Shown here one piece after another: positions 19,214 through 27,572 of a stretch of 64,000 bases of DNA; positions within the stretch are counted from its first letter, which is position 1, and every line of letters starts with the position of its first letter. A program made the translations under genes and the position numbers. The DNA is taken from assembly GCF_988243305.1 (NCBI RefSeq), contig NZ_OZ547136.1. One strand, given 5' to 3'. The notes below the pieces were generated by a model that did not search any database, was not told where the DNA came from, and saw only the letters and a program-made list of their open reading frames with translations.

Positions 19214-21196
19214 ATGTCCTTAAAAGGTCTGCGCTTTACGCTGGAGGTTGACGGCCAGGAGCCGGACACCTTTGCAGTGGTGAATTTCAGGTTAATCCAG
19301 AACCAGTCATATCCGTTTGTGATGAGTGTGGATGTTGCCAGCGACTCTTTTATGCAGACGGCGGAGATGCTGCTGGAGAAGAAGGCGACACTGACCATCT
19401 GGCAGGGCGCAGTGGCGCAGCGTTATGTCACCGGCGTGGTGGCGGGTTTTGGCATGCAGGAGAATAACGGCTGGCAGATGCGTTATCACCTGCGTATTGA
19501 GCCGCCGTTATGGCGGTGCGGGCTGCGGCAGAACTTCCGTATCTTCCAGCAGCAGGATATCCGGACGATATCGGCCACGTTACTGAACGAGAACGGCGTC
19601 ACGGAGTGGACGCCGCTGTTTTATGAGGACCATCCGGCGCGGGAGTTCTGTGTCCAGTACGGGGAGTCGGACCTGGCGTTTCTGTCCCGGCTGTGGGCGG
19701 AGGAGGGAATTTTCTTCTTTGAGCGGTTTGCGGCGGACAGTCCGGAGCAGAAGCTGACGCTGTGCGACGATGTGGCGGGGCTGTCACAGGCGGGAGAGCT
19801 TCCGTTTAACCCGGACACATCGACAGGAGCGGAGACGGAGTGTGTCAGTATGTTCCGTTATGAGGCGCATGTCCGCCCGTCGTCGGTGCAGAGCCAGGAT
19901 TACACGTTTAAGGTGCCGGACTGGCCGGGGATGTATGAGCAGCAGGGTGAGAACCTGAACGGACAGCTGGCGCAGTATGAGATATTTGATTATCCGGGAA
20001 GGTTCAAGGACGAGCAGCACGGCAAGGATTTCACGCTGTACCAGATGGGCAGCCTGCGCAGTGATGCGGAAAAGGCCACAGGGCAGAGTAATTCACCGAA
20101 GCTGTGGCCGGGAACGCAGTTTACGCTGACGGGGCATCCGCAGAAGATGCTGAACCGTGAATGGCAGGTGGTACAGAGCATACTGTCAGGAAGCCAGCCG
20201 CAGGCGCTGCACGGCAGCCAGGGGAGAGGAACCACGCTGGGAAATCAGTTAGAGGTGATACCGGCAGACCGGACGTGGCGTCCACGGCTGCAAAGCAAAC
20301 CGAAGGTGGACGGGCCACAGAGCGCCATTGTCACCGGGCCTGCGGGAGAGGAAATCTTCTGCGACGAACATGGCCGGGTACGGGTGAAGTTCCACTGGGA
20401 CCGTTATCACGGGATGACGGAGGCGAGTTCATGCTGGGTGCGGGTATCGCAGGCGTGGGCGGGGCCGGGTTTCGGCAATCTGGCGATACCGCGGGTGGGT
20501 CAGGAGGTGATTGTTGATTTCCTGAACGGCGACCCGGACCAGCCGATAATCATGGGACGGACATACCATGAGGACAACCGTTCGCCGGGGAGTCTGCCGG
20601 GGACGAAGACGCAGATGACGATACGGTCGAAGACCTATAAAGGAAGCGGATTTAACGAACTGCGCTTTGAGGACGCCACAGATAAGGAACAGGTCTATAT
20701 TCACGCGCAGAAGAACATGGATACGGAAGTGCTGAATGACCGGACGACGGACGTGAAGCATGACCACACGGAAACCATTGGTAACGACCAGAAGATAACG
20801 GTGGGGTTGGGCCAGACGGTGAATGTGGGGAGCAAAAAGGAAGGTGGTCATGACCAGAAAGTGACGGTAGCGAACGATCAGCATCTCACGATAAAAAATG
20901 ACCGGCACAAGGTTGTAAATAACAACCAGACAAGCAAGGTGACGGGAACTGATACCGAAGAAGTCGTCAAAAAACAGAGTATTAAAATAGGTGATAATTA
21001 CGAACTGAAAGTTGAGCATGGTACAAAAATCATATCTGGGGACAGTATTGAGCTAATTTGTGGGCAGGGAGAGAGCGGGACTTGTTCCATAAAACTGGAG
21101 AAAACAGGAAAGATAATAATACGGGGGACGGAGTTTCTATTTGAGGCTACCGGTCCTGTAGATATTAAAGGAAAAGATATTCATCTGAACGGATAG
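19214..21196 (+). CDS. vgrG: T6SS spike protein VgrG (TssI), no C-terminal effector extension
   Basis: 660 aa; gp27/gp5-like organisation ending in beta-helix repeats; GGGGGG-type ribosome-binding site upstream. Confidence 0.9.
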   Translation: MSLKGLRFTLEVDGQEPDTFAVVNFRLIQNQSYPFVMSVDVASDSFMQTAEMLLEKKATLTIWQGAVAQRYVTGVVAGFGMQENNGWQMRYHLRIEPPLWRCGLRQNFRIFQQQDIRTISATLLNENGVTEWTPLFYEDHPAREFCVQYGESDLAFLSRLWAEEGIFFFERFAADSPEQKLTLCDDVAGLSQAGELPFNPDTSTGAETECVSMFRYEAHVRPSSVQSQDYTFKVPDWPGMYEQQGENLNGQLAQYEIFDYPGRFKDEQHGKDFTLYQMGSLRSDAEKATGQSNSPKLWPGTQFTLTGHPQKMLNREWQVVQSILSGSQPQALHGSQGRGTTLGNQLEVIPADRTWRPRLQSKPKVDGPQSAIVTGPAGEEIFCDEHGRVRVKFHWDRYHGMTEASSCWVRVSQAWAGPGFGNLAIPRVGQEVIVDFLNGDPDQPIIMGRTYHEDNRSPGSLPGTKTQMTIRSKTYKGSGFNELRFEDATDKEQVYIHAQKNMDTEVLNDRTTDVKHDHTETIGNDQKITVGLGQTVNVGSKKEGGHDQKVTVANDQHLTIKNDRHKVVNNNQTSKVTGTDTEEVVKKQSIKIGDNYELKVEHGTKIISGDSIELICGQGESGTCSIKLEKTGKIIIRGTEFLFEATGPVDIKGKDIHLNG

Positions 21197-21302
21197 TGCA
21201 GGATATAAAACATGGTGATTGTATTTGCTTTATACGCCTGTGAATCACCATTTGTGATTGTTTAAATTAATCATAGCATGACTTATTCAGGAATCAATAA
21301 GC

Positions 21303-22349
21303 ATGATAGAAATGAAAAATAACACACCATTTCCTTTGTTGTCATTTGAAAAATATGGTCGTTATGGTCTTTTGTTTGATGTTATTGCTATTAAAATGTC
21401 ATTGCGAATTAAAAATGGATTTTATGCTGATCTTGCTGAGTTTCAAAAAGAATTGTCCATGTCTGATGAATACTATGGGGAGTCTGAAACAAGTAGTCTA
21501 AAATCTGAAACAGACTTAGTTCTTTGTAAAAGAAATACAGATATTCACGTGACAGGTAGTGCTCATGCCCCTCCAGGGGATAAGTCTAAGTGGAAGGCTT
21601 GTGTGAGGGTTAATAGTTTTTCTAAAGAACTGAGTTTATCTGGTGTCCGCTACTTACAATATGAGCGAAATCGTTGGCAGATGAGCTTACCAGATAAAAT
21701 TATTAATGTTCCTCTACGCTATGAGCTTGCTTACGGTGGTATTTGGCAACCAGATGGTATGGAGAAATTGGTTTTTTCAGCAAACCCTGTAGGTTGTGGA
21801 TATTATCCTGATATTTCTCAACTTAATACAAGTTGTCAATATAAACTCCCACAAATAACCAGCTCTGCTTTGTCAGAAAACGCTACCATTTTTAATGGGG
21901 AATCTGACTTTTTTCAAGGTGTTGGCCCTGTATCTCGATGGTGGAAAAGTCGCCTCCAGTATGCAGGAACCTACAATGAAGTATGGCGTGAAAAGCGCTA
22001 TCCCTATTTGCCGGATGATTTTGATGAGCGGTTCTACAATAGTGCTCATCCGGATATGATATACACGGGGTTTCTCTCTGGCGATGAAAACATCTCTCTT
22101 GAAGGTTTTTTTAAATTTGAACAGGTTGTTAAGACAAAATTGCCAGGTATACGACCTGTACTTATATTAAAAACCAAGCATAATACATCACATATGTTCT
22201 TACCTGTTGCGGATACAATGGTTATCGATTTAAGTCGACAGGAAATATACCTTACCTGGAGATTAACAATACCTGATTTTTTTGGAATGAAAGAAGGAGT
22301 GCTGAGTTGTATTATTCCTGAATGTATAGGGAAAAAATATTATGGGTAA
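21303..22349 (+). CDS. T6SS adaptor-like protein (DUF2169-type suspected from context and size)
   Basis: 348-aa AT-rich ORF immediately downstream of vgrG; 8-nt overlap with the following PAAR-like gene; the family call rests on genomic context, not on a motif I can verify. Confidence 0.45.
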   Translation: MIEMKNNTPFPLLSFEKYGRYGLLFDVIAIKMSLRIKNGFYADLAEFQKELSMSDEYYGESETSSLKSETDLVLCKRNTDIHVTGSAHAPPGDKSKWKACVRVNSFSKELSLSGVRYLQYERNRWQMSLPDKIINVPLRYELAYGGIWQPDGMEKLVFSANPVGCGYYPDISQLNTSCQYKLPQITSSALSENATIFNGESDFFQGVGPVSRWWKSRLQYAGTYNEVWREKRYPYLPDDFDERFYNSAHPDMIYTGFLSGDENISLEGFFKFEQVVKTKLPGIRPVLILKTKHNTSHMFLPVADTMVIDLSRQEIYLTWRLTIPDFFGMKEGVLSCIIPECIGKKYYG

Positions 22350-23382
22350 CTATCATATCGGGGATGGTGAATGTAGATTTAGAGTCGTGTGTTCTTCACC
22401 AGATGTATGTGAAGTAGGAGGTTACAAGGTTCCTTTTGACAGTTACCAGACTTTAGATAGTGAAAGACAGTACAGTTCAACGGTATGGGCGCGTGGATGC
22501 AGAGCTTTAAATGTTGGTTCAGTGATTGCTGGAACTCAAAGTAATGCCGGTAAAGGTGTCATATCCGGTACATCTCAAGGAACGGGTGACTGTGTTATTT
22601 TAACGGGAAGTCCGACTGTAACAATAGAAGGGAAACCTGTTGCTTATCATGGTTCAGTTGTTGGGATTAATAACCATAACTGCCTTGGTAAATTGTATAC
22701 CAAAATAAAATCACCAATGATTTCTGTCATTGATAAAACTTTTAGTTATGAAAGGACTGCTGAAGTAATACACGATTTACTGCTTCTGAAGGATCTCCTT
22801 TCTGTTGGGAATATTTTGGGCGGAGATATTTCACCTGAGGTTAAAAATGATTTATTTCAAATAAAAGATCCTGACCAATCATGGGGGGAGTTTTTTTCAA
22901 TAAAGAATATCAGAGAATCTCTCAGGAATGGTATTGAAGGAGATAAATCTCAGATCAGAGAATGGTTTGGAGAGAACACACTTACTCAAATGGGCAATGG
23001 AGCAATCACCACTTTACATGGTGTGGCGGATTTAGCCTTAGTTACATTCGATGCTCTGTTAGATACGGCAACGGCAACGGTTGCTTGCCCGATAGGCGAA
23101 GATGGGTTATGTGAACAGGCAAATATAAATTTAAATGAAAAAGAACAGGCTTTATTTAATATTAGTAATTCATTGATAAATGGGCAAGCATGGGATGCAC
23201 TTAAAAAAATGATAATGGATACAAATAATGGTGATCAGATTGCTCTGGAGCATTTTGCCAGCTTTTTATGGGGCTTTATGATACCCGCAAAAATACCAGA
23301 AGAAAATATCTCTGGGAAAGTATTTGTAGAGCCAGTAGTTTTAGAAGGTGGTGCTGGTGGCAATTGGACAGTATTTGATTAG
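22342..23382 (+). CDS. PAAR-like (DUF4150-type) T6SS spike-tip protein with C-terminal extension
   Basis: N-terminus CRFRVVCSSPDVCEVGGYKVPFDSY...GDCVILTGSPTVTIEGKPVAYHGSVV resembles PAAR-like DUF4150 domains; 346 aa; ends at a TAG that is in frame with the next ORF. Confidence 0.65.
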   Translation: MGNYHIGDGECRFRVVCSSPDVCEVGGYKVPFDSYQTLDSERQYSSTVWARGCRALNVGSVIAGTQSNAGKGVISGTSQGTGDCVILTGSPTVTIEGKPVAYHGSVVGINNHNCLGKLYTKIKSPMISVIDKTFSYERTAEVIHDLLLLKDLLSVGNILGGDISPEVKNDLFQIKDPDQSWGEFFSIKNIRESLRNGIEGDKSQIREWFGENTLTQMGNGAITTLHGVADLALVTFDALLDTATATVACPIGEDGLCEQANINLNEKEQALFNISNSLINGQAWDALKKMIMDTNNGDQIALEHFASFLWGFMIPAKIPEENISGKVFVEPVVLEGGAGGNWTVFD

Positions 23383-23409
23383 GTTTTAGATTCAAATGTA
23401 ATAAAGCAA

Positions 23410-23781
23410 TTGACTTTAACAGGCTGTGGAGCGGCCTGTGGGGAAATGTTGCTTAGGGATAGGTATATTTTTGTCACGCAAAATGTAATTGGAACAGAAT
23501 TAACATCTATGACGTCGCTGGCAAACAAGCTTAATAAATTTGATGTCGGCTGGGAAGGGAATGAAGTGAGCGAATCTAGTTTATATGCCCTCAGTAATAC
23601 TGGTTCATGGGGAGCAATGATGTGGGATTCTGGAAGTAAAGTAGGGCATTGGGTACTTGTTAAGGGTGTTGATGATGCTGGGAATGTGATAATATATGAT
23701 CCATATCAAGGGAGTCGATATCTGATGACTGAACAGGAATTTAAGGAGGTATGGAATGGGCATAGTGTTTACAAACCATAA
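23410..23781 (+). CDS. Papain-fold (C39-like) cysteine peptidase domain, candidate toxin domain; possibly the 3' part of a disrupted PAAR-toxin fusion
   Basis: Candidate catalytic motifs CGAACGEM (Cys), GHWVLVKG (His), IIYDPYQG (Asp); same reading frame as 22342..23382 with only one TAG between them; ORF-track start is a TTG. Confidence 0.5.
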   Translation: MTLTGCGAACGEMLLRDRYIFVTQNVIGTELTSMTSLANKLNKFDVGWEGNEVSESSLYALSNTGSWGAMMWDSGSKVGHWVLVKGVDDAGNVIIYDPYQGSRYLMTEQEFKEVWNGHSVYKP

Positions 23782-24046
23782 TATTGATTTGTTATCGGTT
23801 GAATTTGATGAGATTACAAAAAATTGTAATTACACTTTTAGTGTAGATGGAGAGACGGCTATCTTTACTGCTAGAATATCAATAATAAGAAATATAAAGG
23901 GAATTAAATATAGCGAAGAACTTGATAAATTTATAATGTCAATAATGCCATTGCAGCCTAAAGTATCAAAAATTTTGGGAGGTGTTACTTGGGATTGTAT
24001 TTGTGGTAAGGAAGTTGGATTTCCTGTGAGATTAATTGGTAAGTGA
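23756..24046 (+). CDS. Small protein, candidate cognate immunity protein
   Basis: 96-aa ORF whose ATG overlaps the last 26 nt of the peptidase-domain ORF; no signal peptide; AT-rich. Confidence 0.35.
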   Translation: MGIVFTNHNIDLLSVEFDEITKNCNYTFSVDGETAIFTARISIIRNIKGIKYSEELDKFIMSIMPLQPKVSKILGGVTWDCICGKEVGFPVRLIGK

Positions 24047-24303
24047 AGGGTGGTGAGGTATTTCTATATTTTTTTTCGTGAAAGTCTTTAAAACTAAAAT
24101 TATCTTGTTGGGAGCCCAAGGTGAGATCATAAAACGTATTATTTTATAAATATTGTTATGCAGGGAAAGGTCAAGTAATGCTGCTTTTTTGTACTAAATA
24201 ATTCGCATTTTATGTTCAATAATTGAGGTGTTCCTTATTACCTAAAGCTGTTTTTCATTGCTTATACATGATCAAATACTCATTGCATAATTAAGGGGGC
24301 AAA

Positions 24304-25250
24304 ATGGAACTTAAAAAATTGATGGAACATATTTCTGTTATCCCCGATTACAGGCAAGCCTGGAAAGTGGAACATAAATTGCCAGATATTCTATCTGTTA
24401 ACTATTTGCGCCGTTATTTCTGGTGCATAAGGCTGGGAAGATATAGAGGATTTGGGGAAACACATCTCGATTTTTTGAAGTGATATGGTGATTTTGAAAA
24501 TGGTATTCCTGTTCACGATATCATTGCCAGAGTTGTATCCTGTATCAGTCCTGCAAAATTTTACGAGTGCTTTATTAACTGGATGCGTGACTGTCATTCT
24601 TCAGATGATAAAGACATCATCGCAATTGATGGAAAAACGCTCCGGCACTCTTATGATAAAAGTCGTCAAAAGGGAGCAATTTATGTCATTAAAATCCGTC
24701 TTCATATTGTTTGCATGTCTCTGATGAATTTATTGATTTTACGTTTGAATGGAAAGGGCTGAAGAAATTATGCATGGCAGTCTCATTTCGCTCAATAATA
24801 GCAGAACAAAAGAAAAATCCCGAAATGACGGTCAGATATTATAGCATTTCTGCTGATTTAACCGCAGAGAAGTTCGCCACAGCGAACCGAAATCACTGGC
24901 AAGTGGAGAATAAATTGCACTGGCATCTGGACGTGGTAATGAATAAAGACGACTTCAAAATAAGAAGAGGAAATGCAGCAGAATTATTTTCAGGGATACG
25001 GAAGATCGCTATTAATATTTTAACGAAAGATAAGATAATCAAGGCAGGGGCAAGATGTAAGATGTGAAAAGCAGCTGCGGACAGAGACTACCTCGCGTCA
25101 GTCCTTGCGGGGGCGGGCTTTCGTAATCTTGTTCTGCAAGGGATGATAAAAAGTGCAACTTTATTCCACGCAGCTATTTAGACAGCGTACAGTAAACAAA
25201 CGAAAGTTGTTATTTCAATGGTCAGGGCAAGAGCATGAAGTGTTTACTAC
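24304..25250 (+). mobile_element. Degenerate ISAs1-family (H-repeat) element with disrupted transposase
   Basis: N-terminus [26 protein letters not shown]... and C-terminal fragment ...[27 protein letters not shown]...[17 protein letters not shown]... match the ISAs1/H-repeat transposase from memory; frameshifts and an internal deletion are evident; right boundary approximate. Confidence 0.7.
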
Positions 25251-25295
25251 ACACTATGCTCTTGTCCTGGAGTCAGGTCTTGTCTGGAGGGATAA

Positions 25296-25799
25296 ATGGT
25301 AGATATTGTCGAGGCCGATAAAACGGATATTTATTTCATTCAGGAGAGTGTTTATGGCAAAATCGGGTTGCCAGCTTTGGGTAATACAATAGGACCATCC
25401 GCACAGCAAGTTGTTAAAAAGGTATTCGCTGTCGTTAAAGAACGAGATAAGACACATGCAAAACAGAGATTATTGTTGGAATATAATGGTAACAAACTCT
25501 GGATGAATGCTATTGATGGCAGTGAAGCTATCCTACCAACAGAATTTTCTAAGCGGTACGAACTTTCATTATTCAATACTACTAATTTTGGAGAAGATCC
25601 TTTTCCTGATGTTAATTTATATAATAATATGAAATCAAGTTTTTTTGTAAGGTTTGGTGGAACATCCCATCCCGAGGCTTGGGCTATTTATAATGCAAGT
25701 ACGAAAGAGGTTAAATATATAGAAACTGCAAGAGAAATTGATAAAATATTCAGTGATTTTAACTTGAGTGGTACATTGCCAATTCACATTGGTCAATGA
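25296..25799 (+). CDS. Hypothetical protein (cassette gene 1, unknown function)
   Basis: 167-aa ORF with GGAGGG ribosome-binding site 5-6 nt upstream of the ATG; no signal peptide; AT-rich; flanked by ISAs1 remnants. Confidence 0.4.
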   Translation: MVDIVEADKTDIYFIQESVYGKIGLPALGNTIGPSAQQVVKKVFAVVKERDKTHAKQRLLLEYNGNKLWMNAIDGSEAILPTEFSKRYELSLFNTTNFGEDPFPDVNLYNNMKSSFFVRFGGTSHPEAWAIYNASTKEVKYIETAREIDKIFSDFNLSGTLPIHIGQ

Positions 25800-25864
25800 T
25801 TTTTAAATTGTGTGATTAAATAATTGAACATTAATGATGATTTATAGCATCATTATTCTATAAC

Positions 25865-26377
25865 ATGAATAAACGGATTGAATGTGTTATGTTAAAAATG
25901 AGTTTATACGTAATAATATTGTTATTTTCCTTTCAGATTAGTGCAGCCATTACTAGCAAGGAAAGTGAGGTTGTTTCACCATTATTAATGGATGTTAATT
26001 CTTCACTAACAATGGAAAATATATCTGAATTATCCACATCATCGGAACCATCGCAACAGGGGGTATTTCCTGTAATATGTACTCGACTTCATCCTGGCTC
26101 CGTAATGAAACGCCAGTTATTAACCGGCTGGGGGCCTGTTTTTATAATTGGTGATGATCCTTTTTCTCTGCGCTGGATGAGTGAACATCTGGAGATCCTT
26201 AAATCGCTAAATGCCCTTGGTTTGGTTGTTAATGTTGAATCAGTAGAACGAATGGAGGTATTACAGCAGCGGGCTGATGGGTTATTGTTATTGCCAGTTA
26301 TCTGCGATAATTTCGTGCAAACTCTGCAATTAAATGCTTATCCGGTATTAATCACAGAGATGGAAATATCACAATGA
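25865..26377 (+). CDS. Hypothetical exported protein (cassette gene 2, unknown function)
   Basis: 170-aa ORF; signal-peptide-like segment MSLYVIILLFSFQISAAI; true start may be an internal ATG at 25889 or 25898. Confidence 0.4.
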   Translation: MNKRIECVMLKMSLYVIILLFSFQISAAITSKESEVVSPLLMDVNSSLTMENISELSTSSEPSQQGVFPVICTRLHPGSVMKRQLLTGWGPVFIIGDDPFSLRWMSEHLEILKSLNALGLVVNVESVERMEVLQQRADGLLLLPVICDNFVQTLQLNAYPVLITEMEISQ

Positions 26378-26409
26378 TTAATAACATAATTACTGCAAAT
26401 AATATCGTA

Positions 26410-26612
26410 ATTTTGAAAATGGTAATCCTGTTCACGACACCATAATTAGAGTTATGTCTTGTATCCGTTCAGTATAATTTCACGAATGCTTTATTAACTG
26501 GATGCGAGATTGCCATTCATCAAATGATAAAGACGTCATCGCAATTGATGGAAAAGCGCTTCCACACTCCTATGATAAAAGTGGTCGCAGGAGAGCGGGC
26601 TTTCGTAGTCAT
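26410..26612 (+). mobile_element. Second, shorter ISAs1 (H-repeat) transposase remnant
   Basis: About 180 bp at roughly 85% identity to 24491-24672 (encodes ...FENGNPVHDT...[29 protein letters not shown]...), joined directly to H-repeat 3'-end-like sequence (GGGCTTTCGTA). Confidence 0.6.
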
Positions 26613-26648
26613 ACCCCGACTCTCCCCAGCCCTAAACACAACCCCCAC

Positions 26649-27419
26649 TCACCACAACCTAAACTCATCCGCATCCCGCCATGCCGGAAACTTTTCTCTA
26701 TACTCCCGCAACGCCATCATCGACAGCTCCGCATCAATGCGCGTTGCCTGATGCGCGTCGGCAGTAGCGATAATCTCGCCTTGCGGATTAATCACCCGGC
26801 TGTCACCACGATAATGGCAGCCGTTGCCATCGCTGCCGACGCGATTGCATCCCGCCACATACGCCTGATTCTCAATCGCGCGGGCTGTCAGCAATGCCTG
26901 CCAGTGCAGAGAGCGCGGAGCAGGCCAGTTGGCGACGTACAGGGCGAGGTCATAATCGTTGAGATTGCGCGACCACACCGGAAAACGTAAGTCGTAGCAC
27001 ACCAGCGGCAAAATACGCCAGCCGCGCCATTCCACAATCACTCGCGCATTGCCCGCTTTATAATGTAGATGCTCATCTGCCATGCGGAACAGATGACGCT
27101 TATCATAAAAATGTACCGTGCCGCCCGGCTCAACCAGCAAAAAGCGGTTAACCGAACCAGACTCCGTTTGTAATGCAACACTGCCTGCAATCAGCGCATT
27201 GCACTGCTGCGCTTTGGCTGTCATCCAGTTCACTACGTCATCTTGTGCTAGCGACGAAGCTGCCGCTTCCATGGCAAAGCCGCTGGTAAACATCTCCGGT
27301 AGAACGATCACATCGCGTCCGGTAATACCTTCCAGTTGACGATCAAAATGACGCAGGTTGGCAGGACCATCCATCCACACCAGTGGTTGCTGCAAAAGCG
27401 TAATCTTCAAACCAGGCAC
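26649..27419 (-). CDS. yafV: Omega-amidase (nitrilase-family C-N hydrolase) YafV
   Basis: Protein matches E. coli YafV as recalled; ORF track start 27428; probable start 9 nt downstream. Confidence 0.85.
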   Translation of the reverse strand: MPGLKITLLQQPLVWMDGPANLRHFDRQLEGITGRDVIVLPEMFTSGFAMEAAASSLAQDDVVNWMTAKAQQCNALIAGSVALQTESGSVNRFLLVEPGGTVHFYDKRHLFRMADEHLHYKAGNARVIVEWRGWRILPLVCYDLRFPVWSRNLNDYDLALYVANWPAPRSLHWQALLTARAIENQAYVAGCNRVGSDGNGCHYRGDSRVINPQGEIIATADAHQATRIDAELSMMALREYREKFPAWRDADEFRLW

Positions 27420-27572
27420 GGTGTACAACTCCTTTATGCGAAGGGTTTTATAACTTTAACACCTTATCAGGCAGTTGCCTTAGCGCAGAATAAATTGATA
27501 ACAAATGCTGATATTGGAAATATCTGATTTGCAAATTATCGTGTTATCGCCAGGCTTTAGGAGGTTAATAAC

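Noticed and set aside
20429-21019. 196-aa minus-strand ORF inside vgrG
   Set aside because: Antisense to vgrG, no ribosome-binding site, odd composition.
23410-23412. TTG at 23410 as an independent start codon for the peptidase domain
   Set aside because: No convincing ribosome-binding site, and the predicted oxyanion-hole Gln lies upstream of it; retained in the feature table only because the ORF track uses it.
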